Program-made: the position numbers and the translations under genes
Shown here: positions 23,306-31,430 of the stretch, one piece after another
Layout of the letters: the number at the start of each line of letters is the position of its first letter
Numbering within the stretch: the first letter of the stretch is position 1
Notes under the pieces: generated by a model
Database searches by the model: none
Seen by the model: the letters and a program-made list of their open reading frames with translations, nothing else
What the model was told of the DNA's origin: nothing
Assembly: GCA_036374055.1 (NCBI GenBank)
Contig: DASUUN010000078.1
Coordinates: 1-39,328 of the forward strand
From: Burkholderiales bacterium
Lineage (GTDB): Bacteria > Pseudomonadota > Gammaproteobacteria > Burkholderiales > SG8-39
Reading direction: 5' to 3'
DNA length: 39,328 bases

Positions 23306-23893
23306 ATGAATATGCGCCTTACCGTATCCATTCTGCCTGCAGCAGTCGCGCTCGCCCTGGCCGGTCCGCTTCACGCCGCCGACGTGCCGAACTTCAATCA
23401 GATGGACAAGAACAACGACGGCCAGCTTACGAAAAGCGAGGCTCAGGCAAACCCGAAGCTTGCCGACCAGTTCAGCCAGGTCGACGACGACAACAACGGC
23501 ACGTTAAGCCGCCCCGAGTATCTCGCCATCATGGGGCGCCAGGACCTGCACAACCTGCGCGAAAATCTCGCCGAGTTCCTCGATCCCGAGGGCAAGCCGC
23601 CGCTTGCCGCCAGCGGCGAGCAGGGCAAGCAGGAGCCGACGAAAGCCGTAAGCGAGCAGCTGGTGCGCAACGTGCAGCAGACGCTTTCCGACAAGGGCAT
23701 CGACGCCGGCCCGGTGGACGGCATCTGGGGTGCGCGCACCAGCTCCGGCGTGCGCCAGTTCCAGAAGGCCCAGGGCATGCAGCCCACCGGCCAGCTCAAC
23801 GCGAAGACGCTTAGCGCGCTTGGCATCGCCGAGGGCTCGGCCTCAGCTGGACAAAGCGGCGCGCCCGCTGAAGAAAGCGGCAAGCAGCGCTGA
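23306..23893 (+). CDS. secreted EF-hand pair protein fused to a peptidoglycan-binding (PG_binding_1-like) domain
   Basis: Signal peptide MNMRLTVSILPAAVALALAGPLHA. EF loops DKNNDGQLTKSE and DDDNNGTLSRPE. The C-terminal VQQTLSDKGIDAGPVDGIWGARTSSGVRQFQKAQGMQPTGQLNAKT is a typical PG-binding repeat. Confidence 0.8.
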   Translation: MNMRLTVSILPAAVALALAGPLHAADVPNFNQMDKNNDGQLTKSEAQANPKLADQFSQVDDDNNGTLSRPEYLAIMGRQDLHNLRENLAEFLDPEGKPPLAASGEQGKQEPTKAVSEQLVRNVQQTLSDKGIDAGPVDGIWGARTSSGVRQFQKAQGMQPTGQLNAKTLSALGIAEGSASAGQSGAPAEESGKQR

Positions 23894-23929
23894 AAATCTG
23901 ACCCAGAGAGCGGAGGAACGAGCATCGAG

Positions 23930-25042
23930 ATGCAGGGTCGCCTGTCCTGCCCTCGCATGGAACGCGCATCGGTCGCGGCGTACACGGTCCCGACGGAAGC
24001 GCTGCAGTCGGACGGCACGCTGGAGTGGCGCTCGACTACGCTGGTCTGCGTGCATCTCGATGCCGCGGGCACCCACGGCTTCGGCTACACCTATGCCGAC
24101 AAGGCGACCGCAGCGTTGATCAAGGACCGGCTGCTGCCGCTCGTCGAGGGCCGCGAGCCGCTCGACCCGCCGGCGCGCTTCGCCGAGATGGTGCGCGCCA
24201 TCCGCAACCTGGGCCGGCCCGGCATCGCGTCCATGGCGATTTCCGCGGTCGATGCGGCGCTCTGGGACCTGAAGGGCAAGTTGCTTGGCGCGCCGCTCGC
24301 TGCCCTGCTCGGAACGGCGCGCGATGCGATCGCGGTCTACGGCAGCGGCGGCTTCACGAGCTACTCGATCCGGGAAGTGCGCGCCCAGCTCGGCGAATGG
24401 GCGGCCGGCGGCCTGCCATTCGTGAAGATGAAAGTGGGCCGCGATGCCGCCGTGGACGGCGACCGCGTGAAACAGGCGCGCGACGCGATCGGCACCAAGA
24501 CCGCGCTTTTCGTCGACGCGAACGGCGCCTACGAGCGCAAGCAGGCTCTGGAGCAGGCGCAGCGCTTCTCGGAAAGCGGCGTGGTCTGGTTCGAGGAACC
24601 GGTGTCCTCGGACGATCTGCAGGGCCTGCGCCTGCTGCGCGACCGCGGACCGGCCGGCATGGACATAAGCGCCGGCGAATACGGCTACGACCTGCCGTAC
24701 TTTCGGCGCATGCTCGAGGCGCAGGCTGTCGACGTCCTGCAGGCCGACGCCACGCGCTGCGGCGGCATCACCGGATTCATGGCGGTCGCCGCGCTCGCCG
24801 ACGCCTTCGGCGTGCCGCTGTCCAGCCACTGCGCGCCTTCGCTGCACATCGCCCCGTGCTGCGCCGCCCGTCGTGCGGTGCATCTGGAGCACTTCCACGA
24901 TCACGTGCGCATCGAGCGGATGCTGTTCGACGGCTTTCGCGAGCCTCAGGACGGCGCCCTCGGCCCCGACCGCTCGCGGCCGGGACTGGGCATCGAGCTC
25001 AAGGCCGCCGATGCCGAACGCTATCGCGCGTCACTGGCATGA
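23930..25042 (+). CDS. enolase-superfamily enzyme (mandelate racemase/muconate lactonizing family)
   Basis: Family blocks AISAVDAALWDLKGK, KMKVG, FVDANGAY, WFEEP and LQADATRCGGITG. ATG 23957 is an alternative start. Confidence 0.8.
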   Translation: MQGRLSCPRMERASVAAYTVPTEALQSDGTLEWRSTTLVCVHLDAAGTHGFGYTYADKATAALIKDRLLPLVEGREPLDPPARFAEMVRAIRNLGRPGIASMAISAVDAALWDLKGKLLGAPLAALLGTARDAIAVYGSGGFTSYSIREVRAQLGEWAAGGLPFVKMKVGRDAAVDGDRVKQARDAIGTKTALFVDANGAYERKQALEQAQRFSESGVVWFEEPVSSDDLQGLRLLRDRGPAGMDISAGEYGYDLPYFRRMLEAQAVDVLQADATRCGGITGFMAVAALADAFGVPLSSHCAPSLHIAPCCAARRAVHLEHFHDHVRIERMLFDGFREPQDGALGPDRSRPGLGIELKAADAERYRASLA

Positions 25043-27834
25043 GGGAGGCTGGCCCGGGGCTGGCCACGGCGCTGGCGCGTTCCATCGAGGGGGAAGTGCG
25101 CTTCGACCCGGGCAGCCGCGCCCTCTACGCCACCGACGCGTCCAATTACCGCCAGACCCCGATCGGCGTGGTGATCCCCAGGAAGGTCGCCGACGTGGTG
25201 GAGACCGTGCGCCTGTGCCGCGAGCACGACGCGCCGCTGCTTTCGCGCGGCGGCGGCACCAGCCTGTGCGGCCAATGCTGCAACGAGGCGGTAGTGCTCG
25301 ACTTTTCCAAGTTCATGAACCGTGTGCTCGAGATCGACCCGGCGGGCAAGCGTGCGCGCGTGCAGCCCGGGGTAGTGCTCGACGACTTGCGCAAAGCCGC
25401 ACGCCGGCACGGCCTCACCTTCGCGCCCGATCCCGCCACCCACAACCACAACACGCTGGGCGGGATGATCGGCAACAATTCCTGCGGTCCGCATTCGGTG
25501 ATGGGCGGCAACACGGTCGACAATGTGCTCGCGCTCGACGTCCTCACGTACCGCGGTAAGCGCATGCGGGTCGGAAAAGGCGATGCGGGAGACGCCGCGA
25601 TCGGTTCCCGGCTCGCGCGCATCCGCGACCGCTACGGCGAGGAAGTACGGCGGCGTTACCCGAAGATCCCGCGCCGCGTCTCCGGATACAACCTGGGCGC
25701 GCTGCTTCCCGAGCGCGGCTTCGACATCGCGCAGGCGCTGGTGGGCTCGGAAGGCACCTGCGTTGTGGTGCTCGAGGCGGAGCTGCGCCTGGTCGACGCC
25801 CCGCCGTGCACCGCGCTGCTCGTCCTCGGCTACGACGATGTCTACGACGCCGGCGACGATGTGCCGCGCGTGATGCGCACCGGCCCGATCGCGCTGGAAG
25901 GCATCGACGACCGGCTGGTCGGGGACATGCGCGCGCTCGGCATGCATCCGGACAAGGTGACGCTGCTGCCCGAAGGACGCGGCTGGCTGATCGTCGAGTA
26001 CGGCGGCGCTACGCCGCAAGAGGCCGCCGGGAAAGCGCAACGCGCTGCGCGGGACGGCCGCCCCTGCCGGATCTTCCAGGATCCCGAGGAGCAGCACGCC
26101 ATCTGGAAGGTGCGCGAATCCGGGCTCGGCGCCACCGCGCACGTGCCGAACAAGCCGCTCACCTGGGAGGGCTGGGAAGATTCCGCCGTGCCGCCCGAGC
26201 GCCTGGGCGAGTACCTGCGCAAGCTGCGCGCGCTGTTCGACAAGTACGGCTACGACGGCGATCTGTACGGCCATTTCGGCCAGGGCTGCGTGCACACGCG
26301 CATCGATTTCGACCTGCAGAGCGCCGAGGGCATCGCCACCTACCGCCGCTTCCTGCACGAGGCCGCCGAGCTGGTGGTCGGCGTGGACGGATCGATCTCC
26401 GGCGAGCACGGCGACGGCCAGTCCAAGGCCGAGGTGCTCGAGACCATGTTCGGGCCGCGTCTCATGCAGGCGTTCCGCGAGTTCAAGGCTACCTGGGATC
26501 CCGACGGGCGCATGAACCCCGGCAAGGTGGTGGATGCCTACGGCGCCGACCAGAACCTGCGCCTGGGCACTTCGTACGACCCGCCGCCGGTGCAGGTGCA
26601 TTTTCACTACAAGGACGACGCCGGCAGCTTCCCGCGCGCGATGCTGCGCTGCGTGGGCGTGGGCGAGTGCCGCAAGCAGGAAGGCGTCATGTGCCCGAGC
26701 TACATGGCGACCGGCGAGGAGATGCACAGCACCCGCGGCCGCGCGCGCCTGCTTTGGGAGATGCTGAACGCCGACACGCTCAAAGAGGGATGGAAGAGCC
26801 CGGCGGTGAAAGAAGCGCTCGACCTGTGCCTGTCCTGCAAGGGCTGCAGGAGCGAATGCCCGGTGAAGGTCGACATGGCAACCTACAAGGCGGAGTTCAT
26901 GGCGCACTATTACGCCCGCCGGCTGCGCCCGCTGCACGCGTATGGCTTCGGCATGATTGACCGCTGGGCGCGCCTCGCCTCGCACATGCCTTCTCTTTCG
27001 AATTTCCTTTCGAACAATGCCCTCGTGAAGCGCATCGCCGGCATCGCGAACGAGCGGCGCGTGACGCCGTTCGCAACGAAGAGCTTTTCAAGCAGCTACC
27101 AGCCCCGAGGCGACGGTATGGATGTCGTGCTCTGGCCCGACACGTTCAACAACTATTTTCACCCCGAGGTGGCGCACGCCGCCGCGCAGGTGCTGGAGGC
27201 GGCCGGCTGCCGCGTACGCCTGCCGACGCGGCCGCTGTGCTGCGGCCGGCCGCTCTATGAATTCGGGATGCTCGACCGCGCGAAGGCCTATCTCGTGCGG
27301 ATTCTCGAAACGCTGGGCGAGGACATCCGCGCCGGCACGCCGGTGGTAATGCTGGAACCGGCTTGCGCCTCGGTGTTCCGCACCGAGCTCGGGGAGCTCT
27401 TGCCTTTCAGCGAGCAGGCGAAGCGCCTCGCCGGCCAGACGTTCCTGCTCTCGGAGTATCTGCAGCGCAAGGCGCCGCGCTTTCCGTTTCGCCGCGACGC
27501 GCGCGCCATCGTTCATGGACATTGCCACCACAAGTCGGTGCTCGGCATGGACGACGAGCTCGCGGTGATGCAGCGAGCCGGGCTCGAGTATGAAGTGCTC
27601 GATTCGGGCTGCTGCGGCATGGCCGGCTCGTTCGGCTTCGAGAAGGAGAAGTACGCGGTGTCGATGCGCTGCGCCGAGCGCGTCCTCGCCCCGGCGGTGC
27701 GCGCCGCGTCCGAGGAGACGCTGATCGTCGCCAACGGCTTCAGCTGCCGCGACCAGATCGCGCATGCCACCGGGCGTCGGGCGCTGCACCTTGCCGAGGT
27801 GCTCGCCCGGTCGCGGGTTGCGCGCGACGCGTAA
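25039..27834 (+). CDS. FAD-binding oxidase fused to Fe-S/CCG domains (GlcD-GlcF / D-lactate dehydrogenase-like)
   Basis: ATGA overlap with the upstream gene. FAD_binding_4-type RGGGTSLCGQ, 4Fe-4S motif CLSCKGCRSECP, and C-terminal Cys-rich CCG-like repeats (PLCCGRPL, DSGCCGMAGSFG). Confidence 0.85.
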   Translation: MREAGPGLATALARSIEGEVRFDPGSRALYATDASNYRQTPIGVVIPRKVADVVETVRLCREHDAPLLSRGGGTSLCGQCCNEAVVLDFSKFMNRVLEIDPAGKRARVQPGVVLDDLRKAARRHGLTFAPDPATHNHNTLGGMIGNNSCGPHSVMGGNTVDNVLALDVLTYRGKRMRVGKGDAGDAAIGSRLARIRDRYGEEVRRRYPKIPRRVSGYNLGALLPERGFDIAQALVGSEGTCVVVLEAELRLVDAPPCTALLVLGYDDVYDAGDDVPRVMRTGPIALEGIDDRLVGDMRALGMHPDKVTLLPEGRGWLIVEYGGATPQEAAGKAQRAARDGRPCRIFQDPEEQHAIWKVRESGLGATAHVPNKPLTWEGWEDSAVPPERLGEYLRKLRALFDKYGYDGDLYGHFGQGCVHTRIDFDLQSAEGIATYRRFLHEAAELVVGVDGSISGEHGDGQSKAEVLETMFGPRLMQAFREFKATWDPDGRMNPGKVVDAYGADQNLRLGTSYDPPPVQVHFHYKDDAGSFPRAMLRCVGVGECRKQEGVMCPSYMATGEEMHSTRGRARLLWEMLNADTLKEGWKSPAVKEALDLCLSCKGCRSECPVKVDMATYKAEFMAHYYARRLRPLHAYGFGMIDRWARLASHMPSLSNFLSNNALVKRIAGIANERRVTPFATKSFSSSYQPRGDGMDVVLWPDTFNNYFHPEVAHAAAQVLEAAGCRVRLPTRPLCCGRPLYEFGMLDRAKAYLVRILETLGEDIRAGTPVVMLEPACASVFRTELGELLPFSEQAKRLAGQTFLLSEYLQRKAPRFPFRRDARAIVHGHCHHKSVLGMDDELAVMQRAGLEYEVLDSGCCGMAGSFGFEKEKYAVSMRCAERVLAPAVRAASEETLIVANGFSCRDQIAHATGRRALHLAEVLARSRVARDA

Positions 27835-27881
27835 AGCTCCGTTCGTCGCAACGTCGCGACAGTCCGGCCGAACTTCCCCGC

Positions 27882-27897
27882 GGGCACGTTCGCTGCT
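27882..27897 (+). promoter_or_regulatory. sigma-54-type promoter GGGCACGTTCGCTGCT for PRC-barrel/EF-hand gene 27937
   Basis: GGCACG-N4-CTGCT. The predicted TSS is near 27908, giving a 29-nt leader with an AAAGGAGA RBS. Confidence 0.65.
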
Positions 27898-27936
27898 TCC
27901 CAGTGGACACCCCCATGGTGACAAAGGAGACGACGC

Positions 27937-29103
27937 ATGAAATCGCTTAAACCTCTATTGCTGAGCTTCTCGCTGCTCGCCTTCACCGGCGCGTACGCGC
28001 AGGACGCAAAGAAGGAAAAGGACCAGACGCAGGCAAAACCTGCCATGTCCCAGGCCGATTCGAAGGATGACAAGGCCTCCGGCAGCGCAGCGAAGCAGTC
28101 GCAGCAAAGCTCCGGCGCTTCGGCCGGCGCGAGCAGCTCCACCAGCGGCGCCGGGATGGCGGGCGGGATGAGCGTCAAGAACCTGCGCGGCATGGACGTG
28201 GTGGACTCGCAGGGCAAGGACCTCGGCGAGATCGACGAGGTGATGCTCGACATGGCCGACGGCCGCGTGCATTCCGTGGTGCTCGGCTTCGGCGGTTTTC
28301 TCGGCCTGGGCGAGAAGCACTTCGCCTTCCTGGTAAGCGACCTGCAGCCCGCCAAGGAAAAGAACAAGCTGCAGCTCAACGTCGACAAGGAGAAGCTGAA
28401 GGACCGCGAAGGCTTCGCCAAGGGCAAGTACCCGGCCCCCGACGATGATTACTGGGCGAAAGTCGGCCAGGGCGACAAGTCGGGCGCGGCCGCCGGGGCG
28501 ACCGGCCAGAAGGCGAGCGTCATGCGCGCGAGCAAGGTCATCGGCCAGGACGTCCAGGACAAGAGCGGCCAGGATGTCGGCGAGGTGAAGGACATCGTGC
28601 TCAGCTCGGACCGTACGCGCATCCAGCACGTCGTGCTCGACGTGAAAGGCGCCGGCGAAGCCACGCTCCCGCCGAAGTCCCTGTCGATGGGCAAGGAAGG
28701 CGACAAGCTGGTCGTCGATATGTCGAGCGAGCAGCTGAAGAGCCAGGCGAAGCCCGCTGCCGGCGCGAGCAGCGGCGCGAGCACCACCCGTACGGTCCCG
28801 ATCGAGCGGGACAAGCAGTCCCAGGCCGATACCAAGCCTTCGGGCAGCGCCTCCGCCGGCGCCGGCAGCAGCTCGGCCGGGACGAGCGCGTCGAAGAAGG
28901 GCTTCGCCGAGCTCGACCGCGATAACGACGGCTCCCTGAGCCGGATGGAAGCCGCGGCCGACGCCAACGCCAAATCCAACTTCGAGTCGCTGGACAAGAA
29001 CAGCGACAAGAAGCTGTCACGCTCCGAGTACGAGGGTGGCCAGGGCGCCGCGGCCGGCGCGACGGGCTCGAAGCAAAGCGAGCAGAAGGATAAGTCGAAG
29101 TAA
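27937..29103 (+). CDS. secreted protein with two PRC-barrel domains, low-complexity linkers and a C-terminal EF-hand pair
   Basis: Signal peptide MKSLKPLLLSFSLLAFTGAYA. Barrel units LRGMDVVDSQGKDLGEIDEVMLDMADGRVHSVVL and VIGQDVQDKSGQDVGEVKDIVLSSDRTRIQHVVL. EF loops DRDNDGSLSRME and DKNSDKKLSRSE. Confidence 0.8.
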   Translation: MKSLKPLLLSFSLLAFTGAYAQDAKKEKDQTQAKPAMSQADSKDDKASGSAAKQSQQSSGASAGASSSTSGAGMAGGMSVKNLRGMDVVDSQGKDLGEIDEVMLDMADGRVHSVVLGFGGFLGLGEKHFAFLVSDLQPAKEKNKLQLNVDKEKLKDREGFAKGKYPAPDDDYWAKVGQGDKSGAAAGATGQKASVMRASKVIGQDVQDKSGQDVGEVKDIVLSSDRTRIQHVVLDVKGAGEATLPPKSLSMGKEGDKLVVDMSSEQLKSQAKPAAGASSGASTTRTVPIERDKQSQADTKPSGSASAGAGSSSAGTSASKKGFAELDRDNDGSLSRMEAAADANAKSNFESLDKNSDKKLSRSEYEGGQGAAAGATGSKQSEQKDKSK

Positions 29104-29122
29104 GCACGCTTACGGCAGCTCA

Positions 29123-29155
29123 GGAAACGGGCTTTCGGGCCCGTTTCCCTTTTTT
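29123..29155 (+). terminator. rho-independent terminator
   Basis: GGAAACGGGC-TTTCGG-GCCCGTTTCC is a 10-bp stem followed by CTTTTTT, starting 20 nt after the stop at 29103. Confidence 0.85.
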
Positions 29156-29191
29156 GGGCCCGGGCGTGCGGAAAATTGAAATGAGGACATC

Positions 29192-29278
29192 GTGCTGAAA
29201 GTGCTGGCCTGGATCGTCGGGATCATCTTCCTGATCGGCCTGCTGGTGGTGATCGGGGTCTTCGACTTCCTCTTCTGA
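29192..29278 (+). CDS. 28-aa hydrophobic peptide (single TM helix), not in the ORF track
   Basis: GTG lies 5 nt after GAGGA. The translation is MLKVLAWIVGIIFLIGLLVVIGVFDFLF, with G/C-rich third positions, ending at TGA 29276-29278. Confidence 0.45.
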   Translation: MLKVLAWIVGIIFLIGLLVVIGVFDFLF

Positions 29279-29311
29279 GCCGCTGGGACTCCGCACTGTC
29301 GTCGCGGCCGC

Positions 29312-29327
29312 GGGCACGCCGGCTGCT
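29312..29327 (+). promoter_or_regulatory. sigma-54-type promoter GGGCACGCCGGCTGCT for the PPC/DUF296 gene
   Basis: Same GGGCACG-N4-CTGCT form as at 27882 and 35432. ATG 29341 lies 15 nt after the -12 C, a near-leaderless placement. Confidence 0.6.
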
Positions 29328-29340
29328 TGCGTCTACCGAC

Positions 29341-29787
29341 ATGCGTGCAAAACTGCTCAACAGCGACGGCGAGCGGGTGTTCGCCGTCATCTTCGACATC
29401 GGCGAGGACCCGGTCAGCGGCCTCGTTCGCTTCGCCGAGGAGCGGGACCTGAGCGCTTCAGGCTTCACCGCGATCGGCGCTTTCAGCGAGGCGCTGCTCG
29501 GCTACTTCGACTGGGAAAAGAAGGACTACGAGCGCATCCCGGTGAACGAGCAAACCGAGGTGCTCGCCCTGGTCGGCGACATCGCCGTGCAGGAGGGCGG
29601 GCAAAAGAAAGTGCATGCGCACGTGGTGCTTGGGCGGCGGGACGGGGCGGCCTGCGGCGGACATCTCCTCTCGGCGAAGGTGCGGCCTACGCTCGAAGTG
29701 ATTCTCACCGAGTCGCCCGGATACCTGACCCGGGTGCACGACCCCGAGACCGGCCTTGCCTTGATCCGCATCGGGCGCGGCGCATAG
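29341..29787 (+). CDS. PPC (DUF296) domain protein
   Basis: The FAVIFDIGEDPVSGLVRFAEE...GFTAIGAFS...GDIA...HAHVVLG pattern is typical of the PPC/DUF296 fold. Confidence 0.65.
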   Translation: MRAKLLNSDGERVFAVIFDIGEDPVSGLVRFAEERDLSASGFTAIGAFSEALLGYFDWEKKDYERIPVNEQTEVLALVGDIAVQEGGQKKVHAHVVLGRRDGAACGGHLLSAKVRPTLEVILTESPGYLTRVHDPETGLALIRIGRGA

Positions 29788-29791
29788 GTGC

Positions 29792-30190
29792 CTAGCCGCG
29801 TTCGCACAGGATCTTGAGCGAGGCCACGCGCCCTGGAAAGCCGAGCTCGCGCAGGTCTTGTACCTCGCGCTGTGGCTCCAGGGAGAAGACCTCTTTGCGG
29901 AAGCCGGGCTCGGCATACGCGACGAGCCTCGCCTCGGGGCCGACCACCACGCTTCGGGCCTGGCGGAAGAACTGCTCCTCGTTCAGCGTCCCGATCAATC
30001 CCGGACCGGCGATCGAGTTGATGTAGAGCGCGCCGGCCAGCCGCCCCATCGGGCGCTCGAAGCCAGGCTCGCTGAAAAAGCCCACCCAGCAGCCCTCGCC
30101 GTAAATCGGGTCGAGCTGCGGCGGGTTGATGTCCGCCGCGCCCGCGGACAAGACGGTCGAAAGCGCAGCGACAAGCGCGAGCCTCACCAT
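29792..30190 (-). CDS. secreted beta/gamma-crystallin-like protein (paralogue of the 15230 domain, degenerate Greek-key motifs)
   Basis: Signal peptide MVRLALVAALSTVLSAGAA. CWVGFFSEPGFERP...VVGPEARLVAYAEPGFRKEVF...SLKILC aligns with CWARLYDSTNFEGN...AVGPKARLTVYDNENYEQ...SVKVAC. The ATG overlaps the upstream stop (ATGGTGA). Confidence 0.6.
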   Translation of the reverse strand: MVRLALVAALSTVLSAGAADINPPQLDPIYGEGCWVGFFSEPGFERPMGRLAGALYINSIAGPGLIGTLNEEQFFRQARSVVVGPEARLVAYAEPGFRKEVFSLEPQREVQDLRELGFPGRVASLKILCERG

Positions 30191-30789
30191 TGCCTGTCCC
30201 ACTCGTGATCGTGCAGGCGCCGGCGCTCGTCCGACGGCTCGCGGCGCACGAATCCCTGCCGCTCCGATACATCGGCCGGCGGATGCTCCACCTGCCAGCG
30301 GGTCAACGGCGGAAAGCGCCCGTGGGCCAGCACCGCGGGCGGCATGTTGCGCCTGCCCCGGTCGGTCTCGACCACCACCCGCTCCACGCGGCCGGACCCC
30401 GGCTCGAACTCGATGTCCGCAATCGTGCCGATGCGGCCGTCGCCGGGATGGGTGACCGGCTGGCCGATGAGCCGGCCGGCGCGGCGAAACTTCGCATCTT
30501 CGCGCGACTTGTCATGGGCTACGGCATTGGTGAGATCCATGTTGAGCCGCATGTGCTCGTCCAAGGCGCGCACCGGCAGCGTATAGAACCTGTCGTGGGC
30601 ATCGAGGATCACGTACACCACGCGTCCGGCGCGCACATCGACGATCAGCTCCTCGACCGCGCCGATCTTCTCGCCGCGCCGGTTCTCTACGGTGTCACCC
30701 AACACGCGGTTAACCGCTGCCGCGCGCGCCTCCAGCACCGGCAGGCTTGCGACCGCCACGAACACGGCGATCATTGCGTTCTTGAGCAT
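30184..30789 (-). CDS. secreted PRC-barrel protein (2 barrels)
   Basis: Signal peptide MLKNAMIAVFVAVASLPVLEARA. Barrel units VLGDTVENRRGEKIGAVEELIVDVRAGRVVYVIL and LIGQPVTHPGDGRIGTIADIEFEPGSGRVERVVV. Confidence 0.75.
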   Translation of the reverse strand: MLKNAMIAVFVAVASLPVLEARAAAVNRVLGDTVENRRGEKIGAVEELIVDVRAGRVVYVILDAHDRFYTLPVRALDEHMRLNMDLTNAVAHDKSREDAKFRRAGRLIGQPVTHPGDGRIGTIADIEFEPGSGRVERVVVETDRGRRNMPPAVLAHGRFPPLTRWQVEHPPADVSERQGFVRREPSDERRRLHDHEWDRQW

Positions 30790-30800
30790 GTGATTCCTGT

Positions 30801-30816
30801 CGCACGAATCGTGCCG
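30801..30816 (-). promoter_or_regulatory. sigma-54-type promoter CGGCACGATTCGTGCG for the PRC-barrel/crystallin operon
   Basis: GGCACG -24 and GTGCG -12 elements. ATG 30789 lies exactly 13 nt after the -12 C. Confidence 0.6.
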
Positions 30817-30831
30817 GGCGCGGCGCTTGCA
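30816..30831 (+). promoter_or_regulatory. sigma-54-like promoter GGGCGCGGCGCTTGCA for ORF 30843
   Basis: GG-N10-GC spacing with a perfect TTGCA. It shares G30816 with the divergent promoter. GTG 30843 lies exactly 13 nt after the -12 C. Confidence 0.5.
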
Positions 30832-30842
30832 GGTCGTAGACG

Positions 30843-31430
30843 GTGCGCGTCCTTGTCGCCATTGCAGTGCACGCCTTCGCCCGTTCCTGGCGACCGGAGG
30901 GCGGAATCGCGCTTGGAAAGACCATCCTGCGCATCGGCGCAGCTGCGGCGCTGCTCTTTTCCAGCCTGGCCATTGCGCAGGCGGGCAAGGACTTGATCCG
31001 CGCCTCGGGCGAGGTGCTCGGCACGTTGCAGATCCGCACAAGCAGCGGGACCACGCGCGAACTGGTCAAGCTGCAGCGAGCCGACGGCGGCCGCGTGGTG
31101 GTCGATCTGGGCAAGGCCGCCGCGCGCGTGCAGCGGGGGGAACGCGTATTTGTCCAGGGGCATCCGGGGAGGATCAGCGGCAAGCCGGTGATTTTCGCCC
31201 GCTATGTCGCCGAGCTGCCGGAAGTGGATAGGCGCGGCGAGCCCGGTGCCTCGACCGGCACGAGCGGCGCGCCGCTCGGCCAATTGAAGCGCGACGATTT
31301 CGGCTACTACCACGACGGCTTGGAATGGACCTCGGCGGATCCCGCGTTCGAATCCTTCTATAGCGACGCCGAGAACGCCTGGGATGCCTACGGCACGACG
31401 TCGACCCGGCCGCCGCCTCGCACGAGGTAG
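30843..31430 (+). CDS. hypothetical secreted protein
   Basis: High GC3 and an internal signal-like segment KTILRIGAAAALLFSSLAIAQA. The start is uncertain: GTG 30843 fits the promoter geometry, and GTG 30867 is the alternative. Confidence 0.5.
   Translation: MRVLVAIAVHAFARSWRPEGGIALGKTILRIGAAAALLFSSLAIAQAGKDLIRASGEVLGTLQIRTSSGTTRELVKLQRADGGRVVVDLGKAAARVQRGERVFVQGHPGRISGKPVIFARYVAELPEVDRRGEPGASTGTSGAPLGQLKRDDFGYYHDGLEWTSADPAFESFYSDAENAWDAYGTTSTRPPPRTR

Noticed and set aside
27870-27875. GAACTT, which resembles the -35 of RpoE/AlgU-type ECF promoters, upstream of gene 27937
   Set aside because: No TCnnA-type -10 lies at 16-17 nt. The adjacent GGGCACG-N4-CTGCT element explains the region better.
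29155-29170. Weak -24/-12-like matches TGGGCCCGGGCGTGCG (29155-29170, +) and AGGCACGAACTTTGTT (35281-35296, -)
   Set aside because: Each has a defective half: GGGCC instead of GGCAC in the first, TTGT instead of TTGC in the second. They are mentioned in findings only as possibilities and are not listed as features.
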